NCBI GenBank assembly: GCA_963745025.1
Contig: CAVUWD010000016.1
Coordinates: 1,077,507-1,141,506, forward strand
DNA from: an uncultured delta proteobacterium
Lineage (GTDB): Bacteria; Desulfobacterota; Binatia; JACPRU01
Direction of reading: 5' to 3'
Length of the DNA stretch: 64,000 nt
Shown here: in pieces, positions 30,811 through 39,724 of the stretch
How positions within the stretch are numbered: the first letter of the stretch is position 1
How the letters are laid out: each line of letters begins with the position of its first letter
The notes under the pieces: generated by a model
Told to the model about the DNA's origin: nothing
The model's input: only the letters and a program-made list of their open reading frames with translations
The model's database searches: none
Program-made: the position numbers and the translations under genes

Positions 30811-31245
30811 ATGAAACGAACCATTTCGCGCGCCCTCGGCCTGCTTCTCGTGGCCGCCTGTCTCCTCGCCGCGACGCACACTGCTTCGTTCGCCCTTTCG
30901 CCGTGGCCGAACGACTTGCGCCAGCCGGCCCTCTACATCATCGAGGGCTACCTCGATCGCGCGCCGCAGGACGCCAAGATCCAGGACCGAATCGACATCA
31001 CCGCGCACGGTCGGCGGCATACCCTACTGGTCACGCGCTACGGGACGCCCGGCGAAACCGGGCTCGATGGCTACCTTTCGCGCGTGATGGCGCAGCCGTT
31101 CGCCATCGAAGGGACGTCCGAGGACGTCGACCGCCTCGTGGATGCGCCGCTAGGAACGAAGATCGCCGGCATGTTCGCCGCGTACACGCACGGGTCGCCC
31201 TGGCTGCTGATCGCGGATCTCACCGCTCCTGCTCCGGAGTCGTGA
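30811..31245 (+). CDS. Exported hypothetical protein
   Basis: Signal peptide MKRTISRALGLLLVAACLLAA; IEGYLDRAP motif. Confidence 0.6.
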   Translation: MKRTISRALGLLLVAACLLAATHTASFALSPWPNDLRQPALYIIEGYLDRAPQDAKIQDRIDITAHGRRHTLLVTRYGTPGETGLDGYLSRVMAQPFAIEGTSEDVDRLVDAPLGTKIAGMFAAYTHGSPWLLIADLTAPAPES

Positions 31246-31250
31246 GGCCG

Positions 31251-31510
31251 AGCGAGAAGTCAAAGTTGAAGAGGTCGAGGCGAAGCTGCGTGACGGCGCC
31301 GAGCTTCACCGCGCCTTGGTCGATGTGCTTGGCGACTGTCCCCCGCGGCTCATGCCCGAGAAGCCGGCGGCGCCCAAGTCGCTCACGCTCCGCGAATACT
31401 ACGCGCGCTGGATCGAGACGAAGGTGCCGCCGCTCGTGCGCGCTTCGGCCGCTCGACCGCACCGCTCCGCGTTCAAATCCATCCTCCTGCCTGCGCTGGG
31501 CGACACGCTG
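31251..31510 (+). pseudogene. N-terminal (core-binding/SAM-like) shard of a phage-type integrase
   Basis: LTLREYYARWIETKVPPLVRAS....R..FKSILLPALGD resembles integrase N-domains. Confidence 0.5.
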
Positions 31511-32169
31511 CTTCTCAGATGCGATTGTGGACGCTGTCCTGGTCAAGCCCGACGCGCGGGCCTCGGAGGAAGAGATGCTCGCGCGCCAGCGGCTGACCTT
31601 CCTCCCGAACCGCGTCCTCACCGTCGCAGCCGAAGGACGACACCTAACAGAAGAAGACCCTCGGGCCTCTACTCGAAGGCCGCAAGGCAATCGGCGGAAA
31701 GGTCACGGGCTAGGTCTGCGAGGCGCAGGTCTGCAAGCTGCTGACCACGGACCCCGAGGTGTTCGCAAAGCAGATCGCCGCACGCGGCTCGGCAGCTCGG
31801 TGAGAACGTGGGTCTCCCCTCAGCCCTGCACCGCTGCGGCACGGGAACCTCCGGGTCGGGGCTTATCGTAGCAGCCTGAAAACCTCGAGCATCCCCTCGG
31901 TGTCACGCCGGCAGTAGGCGCGGAGCTGGAGCGCGAGCTCGTGCGCACGCAGGAAACGCTCGAAGACGGCGTTCGGGGCCCGTACCGGCGTGCGTACGAC
32001 GTGGATACTTGTCGCCGCGGCTACCGAGAGTCGAACCGGCCACCGAACTTGTCGTCATGGTCGCGGACGAGCCGCTGGCAAGCGCGCCCCACGCGGTGGC
32101 TTCCCGTCTCTTTCCTCGCCGGATACAATGGATCATCTTTAGACGCATCGCCCGCCACCGGAGGCCCGC

Positions 32170-32703
32170 ATGGACTGCCCGAAGGATCGGACTCCTCTTG
32201 AGGTCGTTCACTTTCACTCAATCCCAATACACCGGTGTCTTAAGTGCGAAGGCACGTGGTACGAGACAGATCAGTTGCGAATTCTCAAGGACAAGGAGGC
32301 GCACGGGGACTACTGCTGGATCAATCTCGATCTCTGGCGTGACACCGCCAAATTCCGGGCTGCCTCCTCTTCGCGGTACACATGCCCTGCGGATAGTACG
32401 CCACTGATCCCTGTCCACTATGGAAACACGATTATCGTTGCCGACATATGTCAGACGTGCAAAGGCGTATGGCTCGACAAGGGCGAGTATGCACGGATTA
32501 TCAAGTTTCTTGCCGATGCCGTGGATGCCCAATCGGTTGGAGATTATCTCAGCGATTTGCGCGACGAGTTCGGAGAAATAGTGAGGGGGCATCCGTTGGC
32601 GGGGCTCAAGGGAATCGAGAAGGTGCTCTACCTGCTGGAGTTGCGCTTCTTTGTTCAGCATCCGCAGCTATTGCGCGGCGTCCAGTCTCTGCCTCGCGCC
32701 TAG
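32170..32703 (+). CDS. Tandem zf-TFIIB-like zinc-ribbon protein
   Basis: MDCPKD...HRCLKCEGTW and TCPAD...DICQTCKGVWLDKGE; GGAGG RBS. Confidence 0.8.
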   Translation: MDCPKDRTPLEVVHFHSIPIHRCLKCEGTWYETDQLRILKDKEAHGDYCWINLDLWRDTAKFRAASSSRYTCPADSTPLIPVHYGNTIIVADICQTCKGVWLDKGEYARIIKFLADAVDAQSVGDYLSDLRDEFGEIVRGHPLAGLKGIEKVLYLLELRFFVQHPQLLRGVQSLPRA

Positions 32704-33459
32704 CGATGGGCGTCGCGCCCTATACGCCGACCGGAGGGGCACGATGAGTTCGGCAGAAGAGCAAGACGTTCAGCGGTTGATGGGTATAGCGAACGCAACC
32801 GCGTGGATGCGTCCGGTGGCGGGATTGGGTGCCACCGTGACTTCCTTCTGGCGGCGTCCCGCTTTCCGCTGCCATCACGGAGGAATCGCCTCCCGTAGCC
32901 GTTCTCTCCAAAGCAACGACGGCCACCGCAGACGCGGTTATCACGGTCGCGGTCTTTGGATCGAGCCAAGAGAGATACGAGGGACGATTGCGCTCGATCA
33001 AGAGCTGTCCGGATTGCTCGCGAGCTGCACAGTGCGGCCCAATTCTCGTGGAGTTCGCCGGGCCGGCCGAGAGCGCAGAAGCGCAAAGCCGCACAGCGTA
33101 CCAGATTCTCAAGAATCAGTACGGCTGCGAGTAGCCGCTCGGCGCGGGCAGGCCTCGCCCGCAGGCGCGACGGGGCACTGGGAGGCCTCCGAAACGTCTC
33201 AGAAGGGGTGGGCTGTGCCCCAACTGTGCCCAACCACGCGGGCTACTCGACGACGCGGTGTCCGTTTGCGGGGGCGTAGGCGACTTTGCTCCTGTGAATC
33301 CCTTCCTGCCCTGGACGAACACAGGCTCGGCGGCGAGTCGACACGATCGGGGCGACGAGACTATAGAAGCGCAGAGCGATGCCGAACCTGTACAATCTCG
33401 GGGACCGCCCGCTCCATGGGCAAGATGCCGTGGTGCGGCAAATTCAGGAGTGAGAGCAC

Positions 33460-34293
33460 ATGCACATAGATGCGAATGAGATCGTACGCACCGCCTTGAA
33501 CGTCGGCACCCGAGTGGCGCTGCAGTTGATCGGCGCCTTCGTCATGTGGATCGTCGGTCGGCGTCTGATCGCCCTGGCGATGCGGCTCGTGAGCCGCGCC
33601 ATGACGCACGAGAACATCGACAAGACCCTGATCAGCTACGTCACGTCGAGCCTTTCCGTGCTCCTCACCGTCGTCCTCGTCGTGGCGATTTTGGGGTTCT
33701 TCGGCATCGAGACGACGTCGTTCGCGGCAGTGCTAGCGGCCGGTGGCGTCGCCATCGGCGTGGCATGGAGCGGCATGCTCGCCAACTTCGCGGCCGGGGC
33801 GTTTCTCATCGCCTTGCGGCCGTTCAAGGTCGGCGATTTCGTGACCGCGGGCGGCGTGACCGGAACCGTGATGGAGATCGGCCTGTTCGGCAGCGTGATC
33901 AACACGCCCGACAACATCCGTACCATCATCGGCAACAACAAGATCTTCTCGGATACGATCCAGAACTTCTCGGCCACCCCGCACCGCCGCGTCGATCTGG
34001 TCGCGCAGCTCAATCACGGCGTCGATCACAAGACGGCGATCCGTCTTCTCAAGGAGCGACTCTCGAAGATCCCGAACGTGCTCGCCGATCCAGCCCCGAC
34101 GGTCGAGATCCTGGAGGCGAACCTCGCCGGCCCGGTGCTCTGCGTGCGCCCACACTGCCACAACGATCACTACTGGCAGGTATACTTCGACACCAATCGC
34201 CTGATCCGCGAGACCTTCGGCGAGGCAGGCTTCCCGGCACCGGAGCAGCACTACGCGGTGCGCAATCCAACACCGGGGGATAGCCGGTACTAG
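33460..34293 (+). CDS. mscS: Small-conductance mechanosensitive channel
   Basis: GIETTSFAAVLAAGGVAIG.AW.G.LANFAAG, RPFKVGDFV, GTVMEIGLF, TPDN. Confidence 0.93.
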   Translation: MHIDANEIVRTALNVGTRVALQLIGAFVMWIVGRRLIALAMRLVSRAMTHENIDKTLISYVTSSLSVLLTVVLVVAILGFFGIETTSFAAVLAAGGVAIGVAWSGMLANFAAGAFLIALRPFKVGDFVTAGGVTGTVMEIGLFGSVINTPDNIRTIIGNNKIFSDTIQNFSATPHRRVDLVAQLNHGVDHKTAIRLLKERLSKIPNVLADPAPTVEILEANLAGPVLCVRPHCHNDHYWQVYFDTNRLIRETFGEAGFPAPEQHYAVRNPTPGDSRY

Positions 34294-34356
34294 GGCCCGA
34301 AGTTGGATCTCGGACATCGGCACTGCCATTCTCCCGCTCTACGCCCGCTTTGACGG
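34287..34356 (+). repeat. 70-bp dispersed repeat copy A
   Basis: 65/70 identical to 35,441-35,510 by manual alignment. Confidence 0.9.
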
Positions 34357-34441
34357 TTCGATAGCATTGCGGCGCGCCCGTCGCTTGCGGCGCCTGCGCC
34401 GCCGGCGGCATCATCGGGCAGCGCCACGATGGGAAAACGCC

Positions 34442-34750
34442 ATGCTTGAACTCAGGCCCACCTGCGAACACTGCAACCGCCTGTTGCCCCCTGAATCCGC
34501 CGAGGCATGGATCTGTTCGGTCGAATGCACGTACTGTGGCGACTGCGTGGAAAATGTGCTGCGCAACGTGTGCCCGAACTGCGGCGCCGGGTTCATGCCG
34601 AGGCCTGTGCGCCCCTCGAAGAACCTGAAGGGCGACAACTATCTCGGCAAGTATCCGGCGAGCACCAAAGTGAAACACCGGCCTGTGGATGCCGCGGCGC
34701 ACGCGGAGTTTTCGGCGGCGATCGGAAAAATTCCACCCGAGAAGCGTTAG
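34442..34750 (+). CDS. DUF1272 domain protein
   Basis: MLELRPTCEHC..LPPES.EA.ICS.ECTYC.DCVE.VL.NVCPNCG.GF..RP. Confidence 0.92.
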   Translation: MLELRPTCEHCNRLLPPESAEAWICSVECTYCGDCVENVLRNVCPNCGAGFMPRPVRPSKNLKGDNYLGKYPASTKVKHRPVDAAAHAEFSAAIGKIPPEKR

Positions 34751-34763
34751 CGAGGAGAACACC

Positions 34764-35114
34764 ATGCAAACCGTGAAGGACGCAGGCCCCCTGTATGACG
34801 TCGAACGCCGGGCAGAACACGCCGCGCGGCCGGGCTTCCGCATCACCGAGTTGCAGATCTCGAAGAAGCAGAAGGTGCCCTGGCACTATCACAACAACAT
34901 CCAGGATACGTTCTACGTGCTGCAGGGAAGCCTGAGGATATTCATGCAGGATCCGAAGGAGGAAATCCGGCTCGGAGTCGGCGAGACATACTCAGTCAAA
35001 TCGCGCCGGCCGCACCTGGTGACCAACGGCGGCGAGGATTCGGCGACCTTCTTCGTGCTGCAGGGCGTCGGCGAATACGATTTCGTCCCGCTCCTCGAGA
35101 AGAACGCGGGCTGA
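34764..35114 (+). CDS. Cupin domain protein
   Basis: VPWHYHNNIQDTFYVLQG...RPHLVTN; GAGGAG RBS. Confidence 0.88.
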   Translation: MQTVKDAGPLYDVERRAEHAARPGFRITELQISKKQKVPWHYHNNIQDTFYVLQGSLRIFMQDPKEEIRLGVGETYSVKSRRPHLVTNGGEDSATFFVLQGVGEYDFVPLLEKNAG

Positions 35115-35115
35115 C

Positions 35116-35409
35116 ATGAGCCAATCGATGCGGGCCAAGGCGACATCCAGGCTGCTGCAGGAAACCGACCGCGCCATCGTCACCGAGTGGCGCTTCGCGC
35201 CCGGGGCGGAGACGGGATGGCACCGGCACGCGCATGACTACATTGTGGTGGTGCTGACCGCCGGCAAGTTGATGCAGGAAACGAACAACGGGGAAATCGT
35301 CACCGAACTCGCCTTCGGGCAGTCGTACGCGCGCGAGGTCGGCGTCGAGCACAACGTCGTCAATCCGAATCCGCACGAATTCGTGTTTGTCGAAGTGGAG
35401 CTGAAATGA
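35116..35409 (+). CDS. Cupin domain protein (BauB-like)
   Basis: VTEWRFAPGAETGWHRHAHDYIVV...GVEHNVVN...FVEVELK. Confidence 0.88.
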   Translation: MSQSMRAKATSRLLQETDRAIVTEWRFAPGAETGWHRHAHDYIVVVLTAGKLMQETNNGEIVTELAFGQSYAREVGVEHNVVNPNPHEFVFVEVELK

Positions 35410-35440
35410 GGCTGCCGTCATGATTCGTGGGGGATAGGCT

Positions 35441-35510
35441 GTACTAGCGCCCGAAGTTGGATCTCGGACACCGGCACTGCCGCTCTACCGCTCTACGCCC
35501 GCTTTGACGG
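35441..35510 (+). repeat. 70-bp dispersed repeat copy B
   Basis: Direct repeat of 34,287-34,356. Confidence 0.9.
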
Positions 35511-35618
35511 GGCGCACAAAGCGACGCCGTTCAGCGCGGCTCCAGGCGGATGGCGACCGAACGCGAGGTGTCGGCGATCAGGCCGATCCAGCAGTCGGCG
35601 AAGCCGTACTTCTCGGCA
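35511..35618 (-). pseudogene. Second copy of the 3' end of the gene at 5860-6177
   Basis: AEKYGFADCWIGLIADTSRSVAIRLEPR*, near-identical to ~6090-6197 in inverted orientation. Confidence 0.85.
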
Positions 35619-35734
35619 AGGGGATAGCGCCTTCAAAATCAGCAGCAACCTCCGGAGCTTGTTCGCGCAACTCTTACGGGAACGGTCCCCCGAAAACGAT
35701 CGTTCCGCTATTCTGAAAGGATGGTCCCTCGGTG

Positions 35735-36244
35735 ATGACAAAGCGCGCGTTCCTCATAGCTGTGGCGGGATCGTTCGCCGCCGCGCTGCTTCCGCGACGG
35801 AACTCGCCTGCCCATGCCGTCGAGGTTGAAACCTTCGAGGTCACCAAAAGTGACGAGGAGTGGCGGCGCATCCTCTCGCCCACGGCCTATGCCGTGCTGC
35901 GCGAGGAAGACACCGAGCGAGCCGGCACCAGTCCGCTGAACCAGGAGCATCGCCCCGGCGTCTACCGCTGCGCCGGGTGTTCGCTGCCCGTATTCTCCTC
36001 CGACGCGAAGTTCGAGAGCGGAACGGGGTGGCCGAGCTTCTGGGAGCCAATCGAAGGTGCGATTCGTTCCCGCAAGGAAGGAGTCCAGTATTTCATCCCG
36101 GGGATCGAGGTACACTGCCGGCGGTGCGGCGGACATCTCGGACACGTGTTCGACGACGGCCCGCCCCCGACCCATCAGCGCTACTGCATCAACGGCGTCG
36201 CGCTCGCGTTCGAGCCCCACTCCGGAACGCCCGAGAAAGGATGA
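35735..36244 (+). CDS. msrB: Peptide-methionine (R)-S-oxide reductase with Tat-like leader
   Basis: YRCAGC, KFESGTGWPSF, VHCRRCGGHLGHVFDDGP, RYCING. Confidence 0.95.
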   Translation: MTKRAFLIAVAGSFAAALLPRRNSPAHAVEVETFEVTKSDEEWRRILSPTAYAVLREEDTERAGTSPLNQEHRPGVYRCAGCSLPVFSSDAKFESGTGWPSFWEPIEGAIRSRKEGVQYFIPGIEVHCRRCGGHLGHVFDDGPPPTHQRYCINGVALAFEPHSGTPEKG

Positions 36245-36502
36245 TCTCGTGAGGCTCGCTTCGATGCCCGCCTGGCTGTTGCTCCTGGTTGTCGCTCCCG
36301 CACTCGCAGGTCGTGGCGCTTTCTCTCATGGTCCAGGTGATCTCGCGACGGCAGCCGGTGGGTCTACGCGTGCTCGTTGCGCCGGTTTGCGCCGCTATTC
36401 GTGCTCGCGGTCCTCGTTTCCGCCATCTTGATCCGCATCAGGAGGTAGTCCTGTTCGCGGTTCGATTCCCGGTAGGACCACTTCCGATCCTGTTGGTCGC
36501 GC

Positions 36503-38299
36503 TCAGCCGCGCTTAACTTCGAGCTCGGCCCAGCGGGCGTAGAGACGCTCGACCGCGTGCTGGGCGTCGTCGAGGGCGCGACAGCGCGCGGCGAGCTCGG
36601 CCGCGTTCGAGGCGATCGTCGGATCGGTCGCCGCCGCCTCGCGGCTCGCAACCATGGATTCGGCGGCAAGAATGGCGGCTTCCATTCCCTCCCACTCGCG
36701 CTGCTCAGCCCACGTGAGCGAGCGCCTCGCGCTCTTCGCCGCCGCCGGCCGCGCCGATGGACGGGACCTCGTCTCGAGCGCATCCCGCTGCCGGCGTGCC
36801 GATTCCCACTGATCGTAGTCGGCGAACGGGGTGACGATTCCGCTGCCATCGAGCGCGAGCACGCTCGTCGTCACGCGCTCGAACAGAAAACGATCGTGGG
36901 TCACCAGCAGGACCGCGCCCGGAAACTCGACGAGGCTCTCCTCGAGTACCTCGAGGGTGGCGATGTCGAGATCGTTGGTCGGCTCGTCGAGCACGAGGAG
37001 ATCGGCGGGCCAGAGCATCAGGGCGGCGACGTGGACACGGGCCTGCTCGCCCCCCGAGAGGCGGCCGACCGGCATGGCGAGCGCCTCGGGCGGAAACAGG
37101 AATCGACGCGCCCAAGCGGCAACGTGCATCGGCTTGCCACCGAACACGACCTGATCCCCCTCCGGCGCCAGCGCGCGGCAGAGCGGAATCGAGGGGTCGA
37201 GCCCGCTGCGATGCTGGTCGAGCGTGGCGATGCGCAGACCCTCGGCGTGTTCGACGCGGCCGGCGTCGGGCTCGAGGTCGCCGGTGAGGAGCCGCAGCAG
37301 CGTCGACTTTCCGCTGCCGTTCGGACCGAGGAGCCCGAGGCGCGTTCCCGGAGAGAGGACGAGGCTCAGGTCGTCGATCAGGCGTCGCTCATTGAATCGC
37401 TTGGCGATGTGCTCGGCGACGACGAGGCGCTTCGTCCGCCGATCGGTCGCGGAGAACTCGATGCCCGCGGTCCTCGTCTCTTGCCTGGCTTGTACGCTCG
37501 CCAGCTCTTCGATCATCCGCCTCGCGTTCTGGATGCGCGCCTGCGCCTTCGTCGTTCGTGCCTTCGGGCCTCGCCGAAGCCACTCGACCTCGCGCCGCAC
37601 CCGGTTGGCCAGCGTCTCCTGCCAGCGTGCCTGCTCGCGCAGCGCCGCGTCCTTCCGTTCGAGGAACTCGCTGTAGCGGCCGCGGGTCTCGAAGAAGCCG
37701 CCCTCGTGGACGGGATCGAGGTCGATCACTCGCCGTGTCACGTGCTCGAGAAACCAGCGATCGTGGCTGACCACGAGAAATGCCGCCGGCTCCGTGGCCA
37801 GCAGCTCCTCGAGCCAGAGGATTCCCTCCAGGTCGAGATGATTCGTCGGCTCATCGAGAAGCAGAAGCTCCGGCACCGCGACGAGAGCGCGCGCGACGGC
37901 GAGGCGCTTCTGCCATCCACCGGAAAGCGTCGCCGGAGTCACATCGGGATCGGAGAAGCCCGAGCGCCCGAGGGTCACGCGAACGCGGGCCGTTCGGATG
38001 GCTTCGTCGAGGTCGCCGGCTGGGATTGCCGCCCCGAGGATCGCCGCTACCGTCTGGTCGCTCGGGAATTCCGGATGCTGCGGCACGTAGGCGAGACGGG
38101 AAAGGCGCCGGAAGCTGACCACTCCGGCGTCGGGCTCCTCAATTCCCGCGAGCACGCGAAGCAGCGTCGACTTGCCGCTGCCGTTCGGACCGACGAGCCC
38201 AATTCTATCCCCCTCCTCGATCGCCAACGAAAGATCGGCGAACAAGGGCTGCGCGCCGAAACGCTTCGAGATCTTCTGACAACCGAGCAGCGGGGGCAT
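36503..38299 (-). CDS. uup: ABC-F family ATP-binding protein (Uup-like)
   Basis: Two GPNGSGKST Walker A, LSGG signatures, LDEPTN; C-terminal coiled coil ending LYARWAELE. Confidence 0.9.
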   Translation of the reverse strand: MPPLLGCQKISKRFGAQPLFADLSLAIEEGDRIGLVGPNGSGKSTLLRVLAGIEEPDAGVVSFRRLSRLAYVPQHPEFPSDQTVAAILGAAIPAGDLDEAIRTARVRVTLGRSGFSDPDVTPATLSGGWQKRLAVARALVAVPELLLLDEPTNHLDLEGILWLEELLATEPAAFLVVSHDRWFLEHVTRRVIDLDPVHEGGFFETRGRYSEFLERKDAALREQARWQETLANRVRREVEWLRRGPKARTTKAQARIQNARRMIEELASVQARQETRTAGIEFSATDRRTKRLVVAEHIAKRFNERRLIDDLSLVLSPGTRLGLLGPNGSGKSTLLRLLTGDLEPDAGRVEHAEGLRIATLDQHRSGLDPSIPLCRALAPEGDQVVFGGKPMHVAAWARRFLFPPEALAMPVGRLSGGEQARVHVAALMLWPADLLVLDEPTNDLDIATLEVLEESLVEFPGAVLLVTHDRFLFERVTTSVLALDGSGIVTPFADYDQWESARRQRDALETRSRPSARPAAAKSARRSLTWAEQREWEGMEAAILAAESMVASREAAATDPTIASNAAELAARCRALDDAQHAVERLYARWAELEVKRG

Positions 38300-38866
38300 C
38301 GCCCCAGTTGTGGCAACGACTCGGCCGCCTGTCGATCCCATCAGCTAGCTTCGCGGCGCGTGCTACCGGCCAGGAACAGCCAGATCGACACTGACCGAAA
38401 GAGGGGTCAGACAACTGTTCTGATCACCGTCGTCACCGCCCCTGCAACGTCGATGGTGTTCTGTCGCGCGCTCGCATCCGGCAGGGCACCATCCTGAGTG
38501 TGCAGCCGGGCGCTCGTCTACACCTTGTGGTCACGGCAGCGCCGATCGCAGGGGGCCCGCGTCATCGCATTCGGCGCACTCCTCGCCGTCGATCTCATGG
38601 TACAGGCGCGAATCGCGGTGCCCCCTGCGACCGTCTGACGCTGGGGCGAAGCTGCCACCCTTTCGCCACCACTTCTCTTAGAAAGGTCTACACCGCTCTG
38701 GCGGCAGCGGTGTTCGGGGACCCACAACAGACAAGGGTTTGGATGACTTTAGACGGGAGTGCCCCTGGCCTTTTGGCGATTGGCAATCCTGCGTCTTAGG
38801 GACCTTGCTCGGCCGCCTCTCCGCGAGCTCAAACTCGAGAACAGCCCCATTTCAGCCCCACGAAGG

Positions 38867-38897
38867 AAAAAAGGGGTTACCCTGCTACGGGTAACCC
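38867..38897 (-). terminator. Rho-independent terminator beyond the displaced tRNA 3' fragment
   Basis: GGGTTACCC-N6-GGGTAACCC stem followed by U6 on minus strand. Confidence 0.7.
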
Positions 38898-38904
38898 ATT
38901 GATT

Positions 38905-38959
38905 TCTCAGAGCGGGAGACGGGGATTGAACCCGCGACCTTCTCGTTGGCAACGAGACG
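38905..38959 (-). repeat. att site: 55-bp copy of the tRNA-Gly 3' end
   Basis: Identical to 48,789-48,843. Confidence 0.95.
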
Positions 38960-38966
38960 CACGGCG

Positions 38967-39254
38967 CTATGCGGGATGATCCGCGCAGACCGGAGTTTCT
39001 GCTCGCTCGGCTGCCGTGATCGACCCACCCGAGACACTCGAAACCCGGTCGAGCTTTGGGAGGTATCCGAGCTCGTTCAGCCTCCAGAGTGCGCCCACGT
39101 GGAAGAGTATGGCGCGGTAGCCTCCGCCGGACAGACAGAGCGCGATCCCCGAGTCGGGAGCCGCATAAGGATCGTCCGTCTCGATGAACGTGACGGGTTC
39201 GGTGAGACTCGGGCCGGTAGGTGTGCTCGTACCTCCTCTGGCGTCGAGGCTCAT
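38967..39254 (-). pseudogene. N-terminal shard of a patatin/cPLA2-like phospholipase
   Basis: GIALCLSGGGYRA.LFHVGALWRLNE (oxyanion motif) and SSVSGGS (nucleophile Ser); truncated next to att. Confidence 0.8.
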
Positions 39255-39724
39255 CTCTCCGCCTACGCGGCTCTAGCTGTCAATGTTTCGGCCCGGTACG
39301 ACAACCAGCACGCGCGAAAGCCCAGAACAGCACGGTGGACCTCGGCCCACTCTTGGAGCGCCGCTGCATCGGCCGTCTCGGTTGACACGACCCACGAGCG
39401 AAGGATCCGCCCGCCCCGAGCCATCACCGTGATCCTGGTGAGGCCATCCGGGCAAGGTCGCAAACGATAGATCTCAAGAGACCTCCCCGGCTGATTGTCC
39501 GCAGACATTCCACACGGTGGCGCGCGGCGAGCAGAAAAAAGGCAGCGCGGAACGGCTCGAAGCGCACTGTTCCACGATGGAAGCTCTTCTCAATCGTATG
39601 GCGGATTCGGTCTCTGCCCGGAGAGGCGCGGACGCTCGGGCGGAAGCACATTAACCGAAGCCAACAATGGCCTGGGTCTGGGCGACGAAAACCTCGACGA
39701 GCGCACCGTCAACGTCGGCTAACC

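Noticed and set aside
34287-35510. CRISPR array or integron attC interpretation of the 70-bp repeats
   Set aside because: Only two adjacent copies 1.15 kb apart, no cas or intI gene, and no RYYYAAC/GTTRRRY ends or attC-type palindrome.
36557-38497. Long antisense ORFs (646 aa here; also 50,337-51,914, 13,094-14,701, 53,881-55,095)
   Set aside because: Shadow frames of well-supported genes in high-GC DNA, with no motifs.
38905-38959. Second tRNA-Gly gene
   Set aside because: Lacks the 5' acceptor strand and most of the D-arm; it is the att duplicate.
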